This document shows positions 50,258 through 64,000 of a DNA stretch of 64,000 bases, in pieces. The notes beneath the pieces are model-generated. The model was given only the letters and a program-made list of their open reading frames with translations, did not search any database and was not told the DNA's origin. The position numbers and the translations under genes are program-made. The DNA comes from Octopus sinensis (lineage: Eukaryota): positions 6,820,001 through 6,884,000 of the forward strand of contig NC_043024.1 in the NCBI RefSeq assembly GCF_006345805.1, written 5' to 3'. The first letter of the stretch is position 1. Every line of letters starts with the position of its first letter.

Positions 50258-53042
50258 GATGAACTTGAGAAGATGCCTTTCTCAACGACCCCTTAATACA
50301 AAGACAGCAGGACAGATATAAATTTGTTTAAAACTAATACACTCGTTTATAATCCTTTTTAATCTACGCGATTAGGGTTGACTTGGGGCTAAACGTATAG
50401 TTCAATTAAATGGGCTGTTGTTTAACCCTAGGTCAACCAGGCAACCAGCCTTAATCTTTCGAAATGATTTTACAAGAGGTATTACTAGCTATCCCAGTCT
50501 ACTAAAATCTGTTTAATATTCCTGTGAGATTTCTTAAATGTCAATAGAATTATGACTTCTTTATAATAGGACATCGGACTTTTTTTCTTTTTTTTTGTAA
50601 ATGGTTGTGATTTGAAGGATTTTTTGCTCATGTTTTTACGAAGTCGTTGATTGTGGAGCGGTTTCCCCTCCTCGTCTGATCGTGGAATAAGTTTTAACTG
50701 TGTTCATAAAATATTCGTAAGCATCCTGTTTATGACTGATGCCGGTTCGAAGAAACGGGATATATTTTTATATTTATGTATTGTCACATCACTCCTGGCA
50801 AACGGCTGACCCTTTTTTTTTCCCTCCTTTATTCTTCAACACCTTCATCACCACCATCATCATGATGAACAGTTTACCCACGTTTTCTCTCACGTTGCCG
50901 CCCTTATTCACCTCACACAAACCATCTCCTCCATCCAGATTTAGCTTCACAATCACATATGCATGGTGGGGGTGACCGAAATATTGAAAGAGGAGGAAAA
51001 AGCTATTCTGAATTCATTTTGTCGAGGTCCTCTACCTCTTTCTTGGGCCTTAGTAAAGATGTTTGTCGGGGCAATACCTCGAGGTATTCATTTACGCCGC
51101 CCCTTCGTTTTTGCTCTCTTGAGTTCGAATCCCGCCAAGGTTTTTAACTTTGCTGTTAAATAAGACCCCAGTTTGTACACACTGGTGTGCGTATCTATGT
51201 GTACATATGCGTGTATGTATGTATAGTGTATGAATGTAATTATAGTTTTAAGTGGTATCAACGATATATTAGATTGTAAATACTTTTTTTTTTATTCGTC
51301 TGGTGCACATTTTTTATCGTGTAGCACATTTGTAACACATTCATGGAAGAACAGGCAAATTCTTTTTCTTTATTAAAAAAAGAAAAAAAAAATTTTCTAT
51401 CGCTTCCTCCCACGTTCACAAAGTTTGTCAGTGAAGAAAAATGTCGGTATGAGAACTTTTATAAAACTACCGACCTCCAGCCAGCCAAGCAAGGAGTGTC
51501 GCTACGTGGTTGGACTAGCTAGAAATAGCAACCAAATCTCCCTAAAATCACGTTGGACAATATACTCTCAGTGCTTAAAGGATGGGATGGTCATGACTGG
51601 AACATTTTTGATTATAAGTCTGTTTCGATATATCCATGGATCCAATAAGGGGAGAAGCATCTTCTGTAACTTAAGGAAACTCTATCCAAAGGATTGTGCT
51701 TCAACATGATTGTTTGATCTACAAGAAAGAGTAGCTAACTTCTATGGAAATTGCATAACTTATTCTCAGAACGGAGTACATATTTAGAAATTATTGGAGA
51801 TGGCCATGGCTGAAGCGCTTTTAATTGGTCATCTGATTCACCGTTATTCAGGGACTAACGGCAGCAAGGTTTATGACAAACCCTGTCAATCTGAGCCCGA
51901 CAACCTCATTTCCCTTTTATTTGGATATTATAACAAGGTCTCACCATTTGATGCTTAAAGCTGTTGGCAAGTTTTGACGGTGGACCTTAATCGAACAGAC
52001 TTCACAGTAAGGTCATGTCAACCATGACCATCCTGTATTGTCGGGCGTTCCATATCTAGGATTACATTAACCAGTAGTATTCTTCTTCGTTTCTAGTCGA
52101 TGGTGAGGGAAATTTGGCTGCTATTTTTAACAGGTTGTGTAACAACTCTCGGGGTTTCGCTGCTTTTGTTCCGTGATTAAAGGACTTTTAAATACTAACT
52201 CTTGGACATTAATGCGTACCATTGTGATAGGATGGTCTTTTGACTTCACCATTCAATCCATTGGCTCATTTGACTTATTTCCCCTTAGCTCATTAGTATA
52301 ATCAATGCAAATTAAAACTGGTCGAGGATTAACTCATTTTCGATATCAAGTCTTTTCAATATGTCAAAAAGCCCAGATAAGATTCAACTGATGAAGTCTA
52401 ATAAGGCCGAAACTTGTTCACAGTTGTCCTTCGCCTGCACACATCACTTTCCTTTAGCCTAATTTGGGATTACCTCCCCCTTTGTTTTCGGAACTTTGGT
52501 TTTCTTTCTGCAACTAAATTTCAATTAAGACTTATTTTTCATACGACATTTATATCGCCGTTTAACACATATAGGACAGTTAGCAAGGTTGACTTTACCT
52601 TTCACTCTTACAGGCAGTGCCTGATTTACTATTGTGCTTAGGTGTGCTTAAGCACAGGGCCCCGGGGCAATGGGGGACATCTTCTTGTCCCACCCCCAAT
52701 TTTTTTTACGATGAATTTCCTGAGCATGTATGCCAAACTGTTCAAGTAAGGGGCCTCACAACTTACCTAGTACAAGCCCTCGTTTGTCCTGACCCGGCAC
52801 TGCTTATAGGGTCGATAAAGTAAGTACTAGTTAATCACTGGGTCGATTTAATCGACTTTCCCATCCCCCGAAATGGTTGGCCTTGTACCAACATTTGAAA
52901 TCAATATCGAACAGCCCAGTCTTGTATAAAACTCTCTGACACTGAGTTCTCTACAGCTGTGTGTATGTAACACACACATACACACATAGCTTTAATCATT
53001 GGACTGCAGCTACGCTGGGGCATTGCATCTAAGAGTTTAGTG

Positions 53043-53521
53043 CAGGGGTAGGGAAACCCCACCCGCCAGCCCATTTCATTGCGCCCACAGGCTGATATAC
53101 TCGTATATACAAAATATAGTAAATTTTTCAATTATCAAATTTATACAATATTCGTATGCCGGTTTGCGACATAGGTCGCGCTTCGACTACGACTTAAAAG
53201 GGTCAGACTCGAACAGAAATCGTCCGGTAAATGCCATTTGAATGGAAATCTTGTAATCACTACAAAACACACATTATGTTAGTACCCAGCTCCCCGCTGC
53301 CTTGAGACCCAACTATAACTCTAGCTGAAAAATATAGAATATCTCATAAGTAATAGAAACGTCCTACATTCAGTGGCGGTGTTAATGATATGCGCTAAAC
53401 TTGATCTTTATTAATGTATATCGACTTATACAGAGATATATCCTAGTTAGAACTTGTGACCCGCCCGCGGACCTTTTTCTTTGGGAATTCTTGCCCGCCG
53501 TACTAAGTTTTCCCACCCCTG
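53043..53521. mobile_element. hAT MITE with perfect 8-bp TSD
   Basis: TSD GTTTAGTG at 53035-53042 and 53522-53529; ends CAGGGGTAGGGAAAC and GTTTTCCCACCCCTG. Confidence 0.9.
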
Positions 53522-54549
53522 GTTTAGTGGAACAAATATTTTCGTCTGGTTCGGTTTCTTTCACGACCGCTTTCCTCAGTTTACAGTCTACAAAATCTAC
53601 TTACAATGCATTGGCCGGCATGAAGCAACCCTCCTACCACCAAATATATGTAATATTTAATGTATCTATTATATTATGCACTTAGTACCATGGGATAGTA
53701 TGAAATCTTAACAACGTACGTTATGGTATTTCATAATTGTTTCATTGTCTTTAATGGTTTTAGGAAGATGGGTTACAACTATTAAATCTTGTTGATCCGA
53801 CAGAGAGAATATTTTAGTTTTAGTTGTTATAGTGGCTTAATATATACTCTTCCCGATTTTATATATACATGCATATATATATGTGTGTGTGTGTTTTGTA
53901 CATTATATTCTGTCTCTTTTAATTGCCGTTTTATTGTTAGGTTTTAAGTGTTGCCTACATTAAATGTTGTTGCTATTTGTAATGTTTTGGGAGATTATAT
54001 TTGGAATAATTTGTTTGTATTGACGTTAATATATATGTGTATATGCATGTCTGTGTTGCTTTAGGCATGTATATGGCTGTTGTGTATGTACATATATATG
54101 CACACACAATGTATGTTTTAGCTATGTATTTGTGCATGTAATATATATATATATGTTGCACTAGGTGTCTACAACAGTGTGTATATATGTTGCGTTTAGT
54201 GTCTATAACAGCATTTTGTGTATAGATGTTGCGTTAGGTATATATAGCCGCGTGCGTGTATAGATGTTACTTTAGGTGTGTGTGTGTGTATATATATATA
54301 CATATGAGAGAGAGAGAGAGAGCGAAAGAGCAGTGATTTTTCTGTGTACACGTTTTAAGGTATCCGCAGCAGTATGTAATTATTGCGGGTGTGTAGCTGA
54401 AGGCTAGATTATGGCTCGAAGAGAATAAAAATTAAAAACATTATCAAAAACACAAAACTGTGTCCCGTATAAACTTGCTCAGACACGTAAAACTTTAAAC
54501 TGACAGTTCTGTTCTATTCTGTACCCACCCACCTTATGAAACACAGCTT

Positions 54550-54667
54550 TGCCCTTTGACCTTCCACTTCGTCATCGACGCCGCCGTCGCACCCGTCTTC
54601 AACACAACTACGTCTTTCTTTCTGGGTGGAATCTTGTTTTAATGTAAAGCCACCCAGCTATATAAAG
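54550..54667 (+). promoter_or_regulatory. Candidate DR1 nuclear-receptor element plus TATA box
   Basis: TGCCCTTTGACCT (reverse complement AGGTCA-A-AGGGCA) at 54550-62; TATATAAAG at 54659-67; CpG-rich unique sequence between them. Motif evidence only. Confidence 0.25.
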
Positions 54668-57600
54668 TGTCTCTTTGTGTGTAGAAATGTCTGCATATTT
54701 TAATAACAAGGCTACCACCAAGCAAGCAAGCACAACCTAGTTGTGGCCATCGCTCTCGAATTTTATAACCCTCCCCCCCCGTCTGCAATTAATTCTCCCT
54801 TTTATATATAACCTAATAAAAGTTTGAGTAAATTTTACAAAAACTGAACACTGCCGAGAGCCGACTTATTTCAGTCATTAGGTTGTGAGCTCAATTCCAC
54901 TGAGGTCAACTTTGTCTTTCATCCTTTCGGGATCGATAAAGTACTTGGGTCGATGTAATCGACTTTGCGCCTACCCTCAAAAAACTGATCTCGTACCTCG
55001 ATTATTATTATTATTATTGTACCCTGCATTCTTTCCTCATTTCAGGCTTTCCCACCTCATCTTATATTAAACTCGTCCCCACCGTCCTTGTGATGTTTCC
55101 ATCATCTCTGCCCTCGTGGCAAATAAAACGTTATTATTAGAGCAATGTTTTCGTTGTTGCTACCTTGCGGCATTTATTCACTGGTTCGTGGATTTAAGGT
55201 CAGTTAAGTCATGTAGATGTTAATTAATTAGTATTGGCCATGGATGGGACGGACATACAGCGTCGCCGGTTTCAGGACTTTTATGTATAGGGTTCGGCGC
55301 CTTAAGACTGCACAATCTTTCTTATCTATAAATATGCTTTGTTATAATGAAAATATCGATTGCTAAAAGGTCGATGGTCCGCCACAACTTCTGCTTTCCT
55401 CTTTCTCTCTCTCCAATGTCATAGTTGCGCACAAAGGCCAGCCATTATGATGTAGTTGGTCTTTCTGTTAGAAATAGCAGCTAGTCAATCTTTCAAACCA
55501 TATCCTGCAGCCTTTGAGGGATACATTGTCCATATCCATTTAGAACTGGGTTGGTCATGGGCTTGAACGACTTCGGTCGTAGGTCACCCGTTCGACTTGA
55601 TCCTAGAGCTAAATTGTTCGCTGTTCTTGAAGCCTATTGTAAATGGACCTCGCGGTTGTGGATGACCCTCATCACGCTACTGTTGAAGTGGTGTGTATTC
55701 GGAAAGAGTAGCTGGCAGTTTTTTTCTTATTTTTTAAAGTCTGGTATTTCGAACCGCTGAGTTATGACAACTTGAACTATCATAGGTTGTCAAGTGGTGG
55801 TGGGCCATACCTACATCGAGTTTCCACCCACCATATCCACTCGCGAAGTCGAAGACATTTTCCCAAACTGCCGCGCAGTGGAACTGAACCTGAAACCATG
55901 TGGTTGCGAAGTGAGCTTCTTATCTAGTCATGTCCATGCATATATATATACATATATGCCGAGTATATTCAAATAGAATCACTACTCCTGTTAGTTGGCC
56001 CTCGATCTACTAGAAATAGCAGCCAAATCGCCCTTGATTTTTTTTTTTTTTTTTAATTATGTGGAAGGGAAGCTTTCTATTTAGGCCGAGATAGTCGTTT
56101 TACCTCAAACAAAGGCGGAGATGATCACGACCTGAATTCCCTTTTGATTATAGGGTCTGCTTAATCAGGCCTGACCCGGGGCTAAACAAAAAAATAAAAT
56201 TTCCGGTTGTGACTCCCCCCCCCCCTCGCCTTCCCGGCCTCTCGCCACTAAATTTGTACCGTGAGAAAGTTAGGGAAAAAAATGTCAGAATCTCGCCCTC
56301 TCCTTCTGTGTGTGTGTTTTTTAAGCATATTCTAAGTTTCGGAGAAAGTCAGGGCTAATACGATATGAAAACCTATGACAGTTTCTGTTCTTGATGGGCA
56401 TCATGGCCACCGCATCACCTCCGTCTCTGGTGTTTTCGGATAACTCTGACACTCGCACAATCTTCACTTTCAAGTATTTTTAACCTCGTGTTTTCACTCG
56501 CACGTGCACGTCTATATCCAGTGTGTATATGTGTGTGTTGTGTGCATTTATTTATATGTGTATAATGGATTGTAGACTAAACGAGAGGTAAATTCGACCT
56601 GCTAGAAATAGCAACCAAATCTCCATATCTTGCTATTCTTAAATAAAGATGGGACGTTAGTGACTGGAATCCATTCTTGATCACACGTTTGCTAGTTCAG
56701 GGCAGACTTTAAAAAAAAAAAATTTTTGGTGGTGGTGACGGGCCGGGGGCCTAAACAATCCTACCAGCTTCAAATACTGCAGTTCTTTGTCTTCATCTCT
56801 TCCCGCTCAGCTTGCTGCACCCTTATCATACCCCGGTACCCTCGTCACTGATTCTCTTGTTTATTGCATCACCCGTTACAGCTTCCTTTTTCTCCCCTTC
56901 TGTGTCCCTTTCCTCTCTCACTCTCAGCTGGCCGACCTACGATGTCTCCTTACCAGCAATCTACCCCTACCCTACACTGCATCTTCCTCCCACTCAACAA
57001 AAGAAATATCTGTAGGAGCCGCTGAAAGGAGCCTCTTCAGGGTTGGCTGCCTTAACTGAAATAATAGCCAAATCTCTCTCAAATCACACCCTCCTGTTGT
57101 ATAAAAACTAAGAAAATAATTTTAAGGTTTGAATAATGCCTTCGCCAATATGTATGGCAGCATGTTATGGACTTAATGCATCAAAGCTATAGGGAGGCTT
57201 TGTGGTCTGTCAACCGTCTAGAAATAGCAGCCAAATCTCTCGCAAATCACACCCCCCTGTCTGTTGTATAAGAACAAACAGGCAAACGATTCTATGCCCA
57301 TTATTGTGTGTTTTTGGCTATAATATATATATAGCAACAGGCTCAGGACTGTACAGGGCCTTCTGGTCAGTGGACTGTCTTGAAATAGCAACCAATGTCT
57401 CTAAAAAAAAAAAAATTTTTTTTAAATACTGGATTAATCTTAGATATATCTAGGTGGGAGTGTGTGTCATAAGTGTAATCCTAGCTGTGCCTGATCAAGT
57501 CTGACCTAGAGTTTGTGTCCATGCAAACCTTTCTCTCTCACCAATATAAATGCTACATCAACACAACAGTTTCTCTGTTCAACTTAACCAAAAGTAAGGT

Positions 57601-57869
57601 TTTTTTTTTTTCCTTTCTTGGACCAATTTGTATTTTAACTCTGTCCTGTGTGTCACAAGTTATACACAGAACATTTCTTTGGCACCCATATATCGTTTAG
57701 GATACACACTCCCATTTTCTTTTTAAACCACAGTAACTTGGGACTATGGAAAGAAAGCTTTATATTATTCAGAATGTATGAAACGAAGGTTGGCTACAAG
57801 GCTGGAAACGAGCACGGACGTTTTGGACAGGCAAAGAGTTAAATGCCACAGACAGGCTCAATAATATAA

Positions 57870-58090
57870 AGATAGATTTTGTAGCTGGCAGAAACATGAG
57901 CACGCGGGGCGAAATGCTTAGCAGTATTTCGTCTGTCTTTACGATCTGAGTGCAAATTCCGCCGAGGTCGACTTTGCCTTTCATCCTTTCAGACTCGATA
58001 AATTGAATACCAGTTGCGTACTGGGGACGATCTAATCGACTACCCGTCCCCTCTTCCAAAATGTCTGGCCTTGTGCCTAGAGCAGAAAAA
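57870..58090 (+). mobile_element. Family B SINE
   Basis: A/B boxes and the Deu/Nin core. Confidence 0.85.
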
Positions 58091-58403
58091 TATTTTGTAT
58101 AACTTGATTTAGCAATGTCACACTACTCTCCTCCTCCAAGTGCTTAACTTTTTGCTTGTCCTGCATATCACGTGTACACAGAACCAATTTCCCTGGTGTC
58201 CACACCTCATATTTGATGCACATTCCTGGACTTTTTTTTCTACAACCACATGGTATTTTATTTTGGCACTGGAAGGATGAAAGGCAAAGTTAACCTCAGA
58301 GGAATTTGGATTCTGTGTTAAGAGCTTGAGGAAATATTGCAGGGCATTTTGTATGATGGTCTGTTGATTGTGCCCTATGCTTGCTGGAAATAGCAGCCAA
58401 ATA

Positions 58404-58788
58404 TAGGCGCAGGAATGGCCGTGTGGTAAATAGCTTGCTTACCAACCACATGGTTCCGGGTTCATTCCCACCATGAGGCACCTTGGGCAAGTGTTTTCAA
58501 CTATAGCCTCAGGCCGACCAAAGCCTTGTGAGTGGATTTGGTAGACAGAAACTGAAAGAAGCCTGTCGTATATATATGTGTGTGTGTGTGTGTGTGTTTG
58601 TCCCCCCAACATCGCCTGACAGTCGAAGCTGGTGTGTTTACATCCCCGTAACTTAGCGGTTCGGCAAAAGAGACCGATAGAATAAGTACTAGGCTTACAA
58701 AGAATTAGTCCTGGGGTTGATTTGCTTGACTAAAGGCAGTGCTCCAGCACGGCCGCAGTCAAATAACTGAAGTAAGAGTAAAGAGTAA
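58404..58788 (+). mobile_element. tRNA-SINE family A, full length
   Basis: As 8276-8698. Confidence 0.9.
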
Positions 58789-60139
58789 ATCTCCCTCATC
58801 ACACCCCACTGTCTTCGAAAAGAACACCTTGGGTAATGAGGTCCTTTGGGTGCTCAGGGAATAGTAAAAAAGGCAAGATCCAATTGCTCAATCAGGGCTG
58901 ATCTAGTCCAACTGAATAAGTCACTTAGTGGTCTCTTGAGATACTAGAAACAGCAACCAAATGTCCCTTATCTAACCTCTTAATGCCTTTCTTAAAAGGA
59001 CTGACATTGGATGATGTGATTCTGGGTAGTCGATGCCTGAAGAGAAAAGCAATGGATGGTTGGTCTTTGAACTCTTCCTGGTCCTCAGTTCTGATTAGAA
59101 CTGAACTTGGACTAAACAACTGCTACTGTGCTTGTCCCTTTAAAACCCACATCTGCTGTTGACCCCCTCCCTCCCTCCCCAAAACGCTAATCGCTACATC
59201 CCATTTAATTTGCCTCTTATCAGTCGTATCAGACAGGAAGTCATGACTTGGTTCAGGGCTACAAGTAGATTTTCAAAATTATTTTTATTTTATTATTTTT
59301 AGGCATTTTTTAACCATTTTTTTTTATGCCAACCTGCTTGAGATAGCAGCCTTAGTGTCTGTTCCCAATTAGAAACTTCTGTCAGGATTTTAAAGAATTT
59401 TATCTTCAGTGGTTCCAAACATCAGAAATTTTACAAAATCTAATTGAAAATCATGGACTGTATGAGTGTTAGAATAAGGTTCCGAAAGACACTTGACCAA
59501 TGGTTCTCAACAGGGGGTCGATATGACCCTTAGGGTCCATCATTTAACATCTGTTTTCTATGCTGGCATGGGTTGGACAGTTTGACTGAAAACTGGGGAG
59601 CTGCACCAGGTTCCAGTCTGATTTAGCGTGGTTTCTACAGCTGGATGCCCTTCCCTAATGCCAACCACTCCAAGAGTGCAGTGGTTGCTTTTTACATGCC
59701 ACTGGCATGAGCGCCTGTTACGAAGCACTGGCATACATACACACGCACACACAAAGGCCCATATGAGGTTTTATTGTTAAAGCTTATGTGCAATAACATT
59801 GGTTCTTCTTGTACAATACTTATTTTAACAATTTTTCCATACAATTCCTAATACTTAATCATAGAAACATAATTGTGGGATTTTTTAAACACTGAATGTC
59901 TATGAGGGTCTGCCTGTGTAAAAATAAGGACCAAAAGGCCCGTAGACAAAATATGGTTGAGTACCAATAGTTTATTTTCTCCTTTCTCCTCCCCTTCATT
60001 GATAATTGTTTTCTCTATTACTCCCAGTAATGACAAATCTTTTTAACCCAGCAACTTAAATTTAGAAATATTAAATTTCTAAATGTCTCAAAGAGACATG
60101 AGCGGTGGTGGAGCAATAGAGTGGTTGTATACTGTCAAC

Positions 60140-60267
60140 TTAACGTGACAGTCCCGTATGGGAATTACACCACCGCTGTTTAGCCCTAGGAAGCCGACAG
60201 GAAGCGTTCGATGCTTCCAAGGGCTAAACAGCGGTGGTGTAATTCCCATACAGGACTGTCATATTAA
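60140..60267. repeat. 128-nt hairpin with ~55-bp arms
   Basis: TGACAGTCCCGTATGGGAATTACACCACCGCTGTTTAGCCCT is mirrored by AGGGCTAAACAGCGGTGGTGTAATTCCCATACAGGACTGTCA. Confidence 0.9.
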
Positions 60268-61454
60268 CTTAAATTTATTTTTTAATTAAACTAGTTGTTA
60301 ATGTCATTTAAGTATTCTAGTTTTTGGTAGGTACTTTTGTTTCAGTCTGTGGTCATGTTGGGGCACTGCTTTGAAGAAATTTTAGTTGAATTAATAAACC
60401 CCAGTGCATATATTTTGCTAAACCTGGGACTTATTTTATCTCTTTTGCTGAACTGCTAAGTTAGGGGATGTAACCACTCCAAGTGGTACTGGGGACACAT
60501 GCACACACACATGACAGGCTTCTTTCAGTTTCTGTCTACCAAATTCACTAACAAGGATTTGGTCAACCTGAAGCTATGGTACAAGACACTTTCCCAAGGT
60601 GCCATGCAGTGGGACTGAACCTGGGACCAAGCTTCTTACCACACAGCCAAGCCTAGATAAGCTATCTGTTTTATGTAGGGAGAATTTTTTTCATAAGCCT
60701 GGGTTTATAAGTTTGCTTCCCAACCACATGGTTGTAGGTTCAGTCCCACTGTATGGCACCTTGGGCAAGTGTCCTCAACTAAAGCCTCAGACTGACCAAT
60801 GCCTTGTGAGTAGCTTTGGTAGACAGAAACTGAAAGAAACTCGTGTGTGCATGTGTGTTTATGTTCTCCTTCACCGTTTGACAACCAGTTATTGGTTTGT
60901 TTGCATCCCCATAACTTAGCAGTTCACCAAAGGTGACTGACAGAATAAGCATCCGTCTTAAAAACGAGTACATGGTATAATTTGTTTGACTAAAAACGCT
61001 TAAATGTGACACCTCAGAATGCCCACAGTGCAATAACTGAAGTAAAAATGCATGAGGGTCATGTGTCACCTAAAAACCTGCAACATGACACCGACACATC
61101 ATAGGTTTGTCATTCTTACTTTCGTTGAACATTCTTTGCCCTTGACGTGGTTTTTTTTTTTCTTGAAATAGGATTGTATATATTTATAAACATAGGCATA
61201 AAAAACAAGTCTGAAAGAATTTCTTTTTTTGTGATCTCTTTGGCTGGAATTCATTTCATGTTAACAATTTGAATCGTATTATTTGCATTTTTCTCCCACA
61301 TCAGATCAGTTTATACCTGATGGTGTCCTTTACACCAATCACAGACTAGTTTCATGCACGTATGTGTCAATCAAATATGGAGTCTCTAAATAGTAGCTTG
61401 ACCTGGTAAAACAAGCAGCCAAATATCCCTCAAGATTTGTAGTGTAAATACCTA

Positions 61455-61595
61455 GACTGGCTGTGTGGTGAGTAGCTTGCTTCCCAACCACATGGTTCCG
61501 GGTTCATTCCCACCGTGTGACACCTTGGGCAAGTGTCCTCTACTATAGCTTCAGGCCTTGAGTGGATTTGGTAGATAGAAACTGTAAGAAGCCTG

Positions 61596-61639
<44 letters not shown>

Positions 61640-62070
61640 AATTTTAAATTTAAAATGAGGTTGAGAAATTAGATAGTAATTTAATTAACATCGTTTTCAC
61701 ACCGATGATCTACGGACAATTACTTAAGTAAGATTGCGTAATTTGTTGAAAGTGAAACATGTATATGAATAATCCATATTTTTATTACTTTTTCTTTTGT
61801 CTTGCTCGATTACATTTTGGTTGTTTTGCTAAATTTTTCTTGAGAACATTTCTTGGTGGTGAGATCGTAGCGGATCTATTTCTAGCATATGGGTGTCCAC
61901 ATAGTGGTTTCCCTCTAAAATATATATATATAAACTGAAAGGAGCCTGTTTTATTTATATATGTTTGTGTGTCTGTTTGTCCCTCCAACATCGCTTGACA
62001 ACCAATGCTGGTGTTTACATCCCTGTAACGTAGCAGTTCAGCAAAAGAGGTTGATAAAGTACTTAGTCTT
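61455..62070 (+). mobile_element. Family A SINE with an insert in its (TA)n linker carrying a degenerate hammerhead (61696-61769)
   Basis: ttcaca-CCGATGA...GAAA-catg-TA-tatgaa. Stem I pairs at 5 of 6; palindromic ACATGT; stem II is poor. Confidence 0.6.
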
Positions 62071-63009
62071 GGATGTCATGAGTTTTGTCCTTAACTTCTC
62101 ACTGTACCAAAACCAATTGATGACATGTCGTAAATTTTTCTTTATTCATCTTTTTGAATTTTTCCCTTTCTTGGTCAAGGAAAGGGTAGTGCCCTTTATT
62201 CTTTAATTTTTCAGGACCTCCAAGGTTTGTGTGATGAAAGGAGGAAGTTACCTTCTAACTGGAAAAAAAGGTTGAATAGTTGTAATAATTAATCAAGCTA
62301 GGGGTATCTCAGGATCAGGTGGTGGCGTTAAACTGGGGGACAACAAATTGGGCTACACTTGAAGTACCTAAGGACAAGGTGATGGTCTTAAACTTGGGAC
62401 AGGTTTAAGCCTACCGTCCAAGAATTCAATATACAAAGACTTAGAATGGTTACCATAAGGCATCTCCCTCAGAAAATTCCACCAGTCCATCAGCCATGAC
62501 TGGTATTTTGTTTTATCAACCCAGGAAGGATGAATGGCAAAGTTAACCTTGGAAGGATTTGAAATTGCTGCACAGGGGATAAGAACAACTACTACAAGGT
62601 ATTCTAACAATTTAACCATCTTTTGGGAAAGATGGAATAAAATGCTAAGTATCACTGCTTTTGTAGGGAGGTTTAACACGTCTATATGCTTTCGCTGACT
62701 CTTCAGATCTACAAGGTTTGGTTGTGGATTGTTTCCTGTTCCACCAGAGATACTAGAAATGTTGTGAAGCAGATGTTTCAGCTCAGCTTATCTTTAATTT
62801 GACAGACCTCAATATTCAAACCCGATTCAGTTACTGTTCGATTTTGCATTCTAAGTTTAGAGTATGATGCCCTGGATTCAGTCATTTTGGGAGTCACTCT
62901 GACACCTTTACGTAGCTGCTGGTGTGAGTGAGCAACTGGATTAGGTTTTCTTTGCCTTCCTTCATCATCTTTAGGGTCTTTGTGGCTGTTGAGCTTCTTC
63001 AAGGCTGGA

Positions 63010-63140
63010 AGAGGCCTCATGGCAGGCCTCACACACAAATGGTTGGATGTAATTAAGGAAGATCTCCAGAGGCTTGACATTTCTTTAGAGGATGCAGAGG
63101 GGTTAGCATGGGACCACCAGTATTGGAAAGTACTGGTAGG
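63010..63140 (+). pseudogene. RTE ORF C-terminal relic
   Basis: KWLDVIKEDLQRLDISLEDAEGLAWDHQYWK matches the RTE W.D.IK.DL...A.DR..W terminus. Confidence 0.65.
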
Positions 63141-63616
63141 CCCAATTCTCTCTATACATGATGTCTTTGGAACCTCTGACTTGGCTTGACCCCCCAGCCC
63201 CATCCAGCAAGAGCATGAAGGCAGCAGCAAGTCGGAATATATTGTAGACAGTGACTGAAGCTTTTTAGTTCAGTATATTGGGTTTAATTTATTGACTAAT
63301 CCTGTTATCAGTTGACACACGCCTTTATCAGTTGACATCCAATTTTCCATGGTTGCATGGGTCAGACAAGTTATTCAGCCAGATTTTCTTCGGCTGGGTG
63401 CCTTTCCTGTCACCAACCCTCAACCATTTTCAAGCAAGGAAATATTTCCCCATCACCAGACAAATTTTTGATGGAAAACTGGAAACTGACCTCAGTACAT
63501 GTACGAGAGTGATGCTCATTTACGACTGTAAAACAAGGTGGCTCATATATGCACACACTTTATATATAATATATACATACATGTGATATATATATATATA
63601 TACATATACACGCACA

Positions 63617-63970
63617 CTCTTTTACTTGTTCCAGTCATTTTGACTGCAGCCATGCTGGAGCACCGCTTTTAGTCGAGCAAATCGACCCCAGGACTTATTC
63701 TTTGTAAGCCTAGTACTTATTCTATCGGTCTCTTTTGCCGAACCGCTAAGTTACGGGGACGTAAACACACCAGCATCGGTTGTTAAGTGATGTTGGAGGA
63801 AAAACACACACACATACATATATACATATATACATACACACACACATACATGACTGGCTTCTTTCAGTTTTTGTCTACCAAATCCACTCACAAGGCTTTG
63901 GTTTGCCCAAGGCTACAGTAGACATTTGCCCAAAGTGCCACGCAGTAGGAATGAACCCAGAACCTACTTT
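63617..63970 (-). mobile_element. tRNA-SINE family A
   Basis: Reverse-complement tail, linker and head. Confidence 0.88.
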
Positions 63971-64000
63971 GTTCCTGGGGACAGTTATTCTTAATAAGGC

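Noticed and set aside
52655-52802. Possible hAT mini-element (CAGGGCCCGG...CCCGGCACTG)
   Set aside because: Flanks match at only 4 of 8 positions; TSD not supported.

Overview
Eukaryotic, AT-rich, repeat-saturated non-coding DNA. The repeat repertoire resembles that of octopus/coleoid cephalopods (inference from recalled repeat families, no database search). No intact host protein-coding gene, rRNA, genuine tRNA gene or CRISPR array is supportable, and nearly all listed ORFs are microsatellite translations or transposon debris. Recognisable content: decayed RTE, CR1-like and Dong/R4 retrotransposon 3' ends; Tc1/mariner relics; hAT, piggyBac-like and Helentron-like non-autonomous elements; at least four tRNA-derived SINE families; long foldback palindromes; many microsatellites. 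The most notable signal is a dispersed set of minimal type-I hammerhead ribozyme motifs with palindromic stem III, the architecture known from Penelope-like elements and retrozymes. One is fully intact (7348-7420), one sits in the tail of a tRNA-Thr-headed SINE (two copies), and about ten are degenerate or half motifs, often inside foldbacks or inside the (TA)n linker of another SINE. Also notable: an RTE reverse transcriptase with a C4HC3 PHD-type finger inserted just downstream of YADD. Coordinates were counted by hand; boundaries of degraded elements are approximate.
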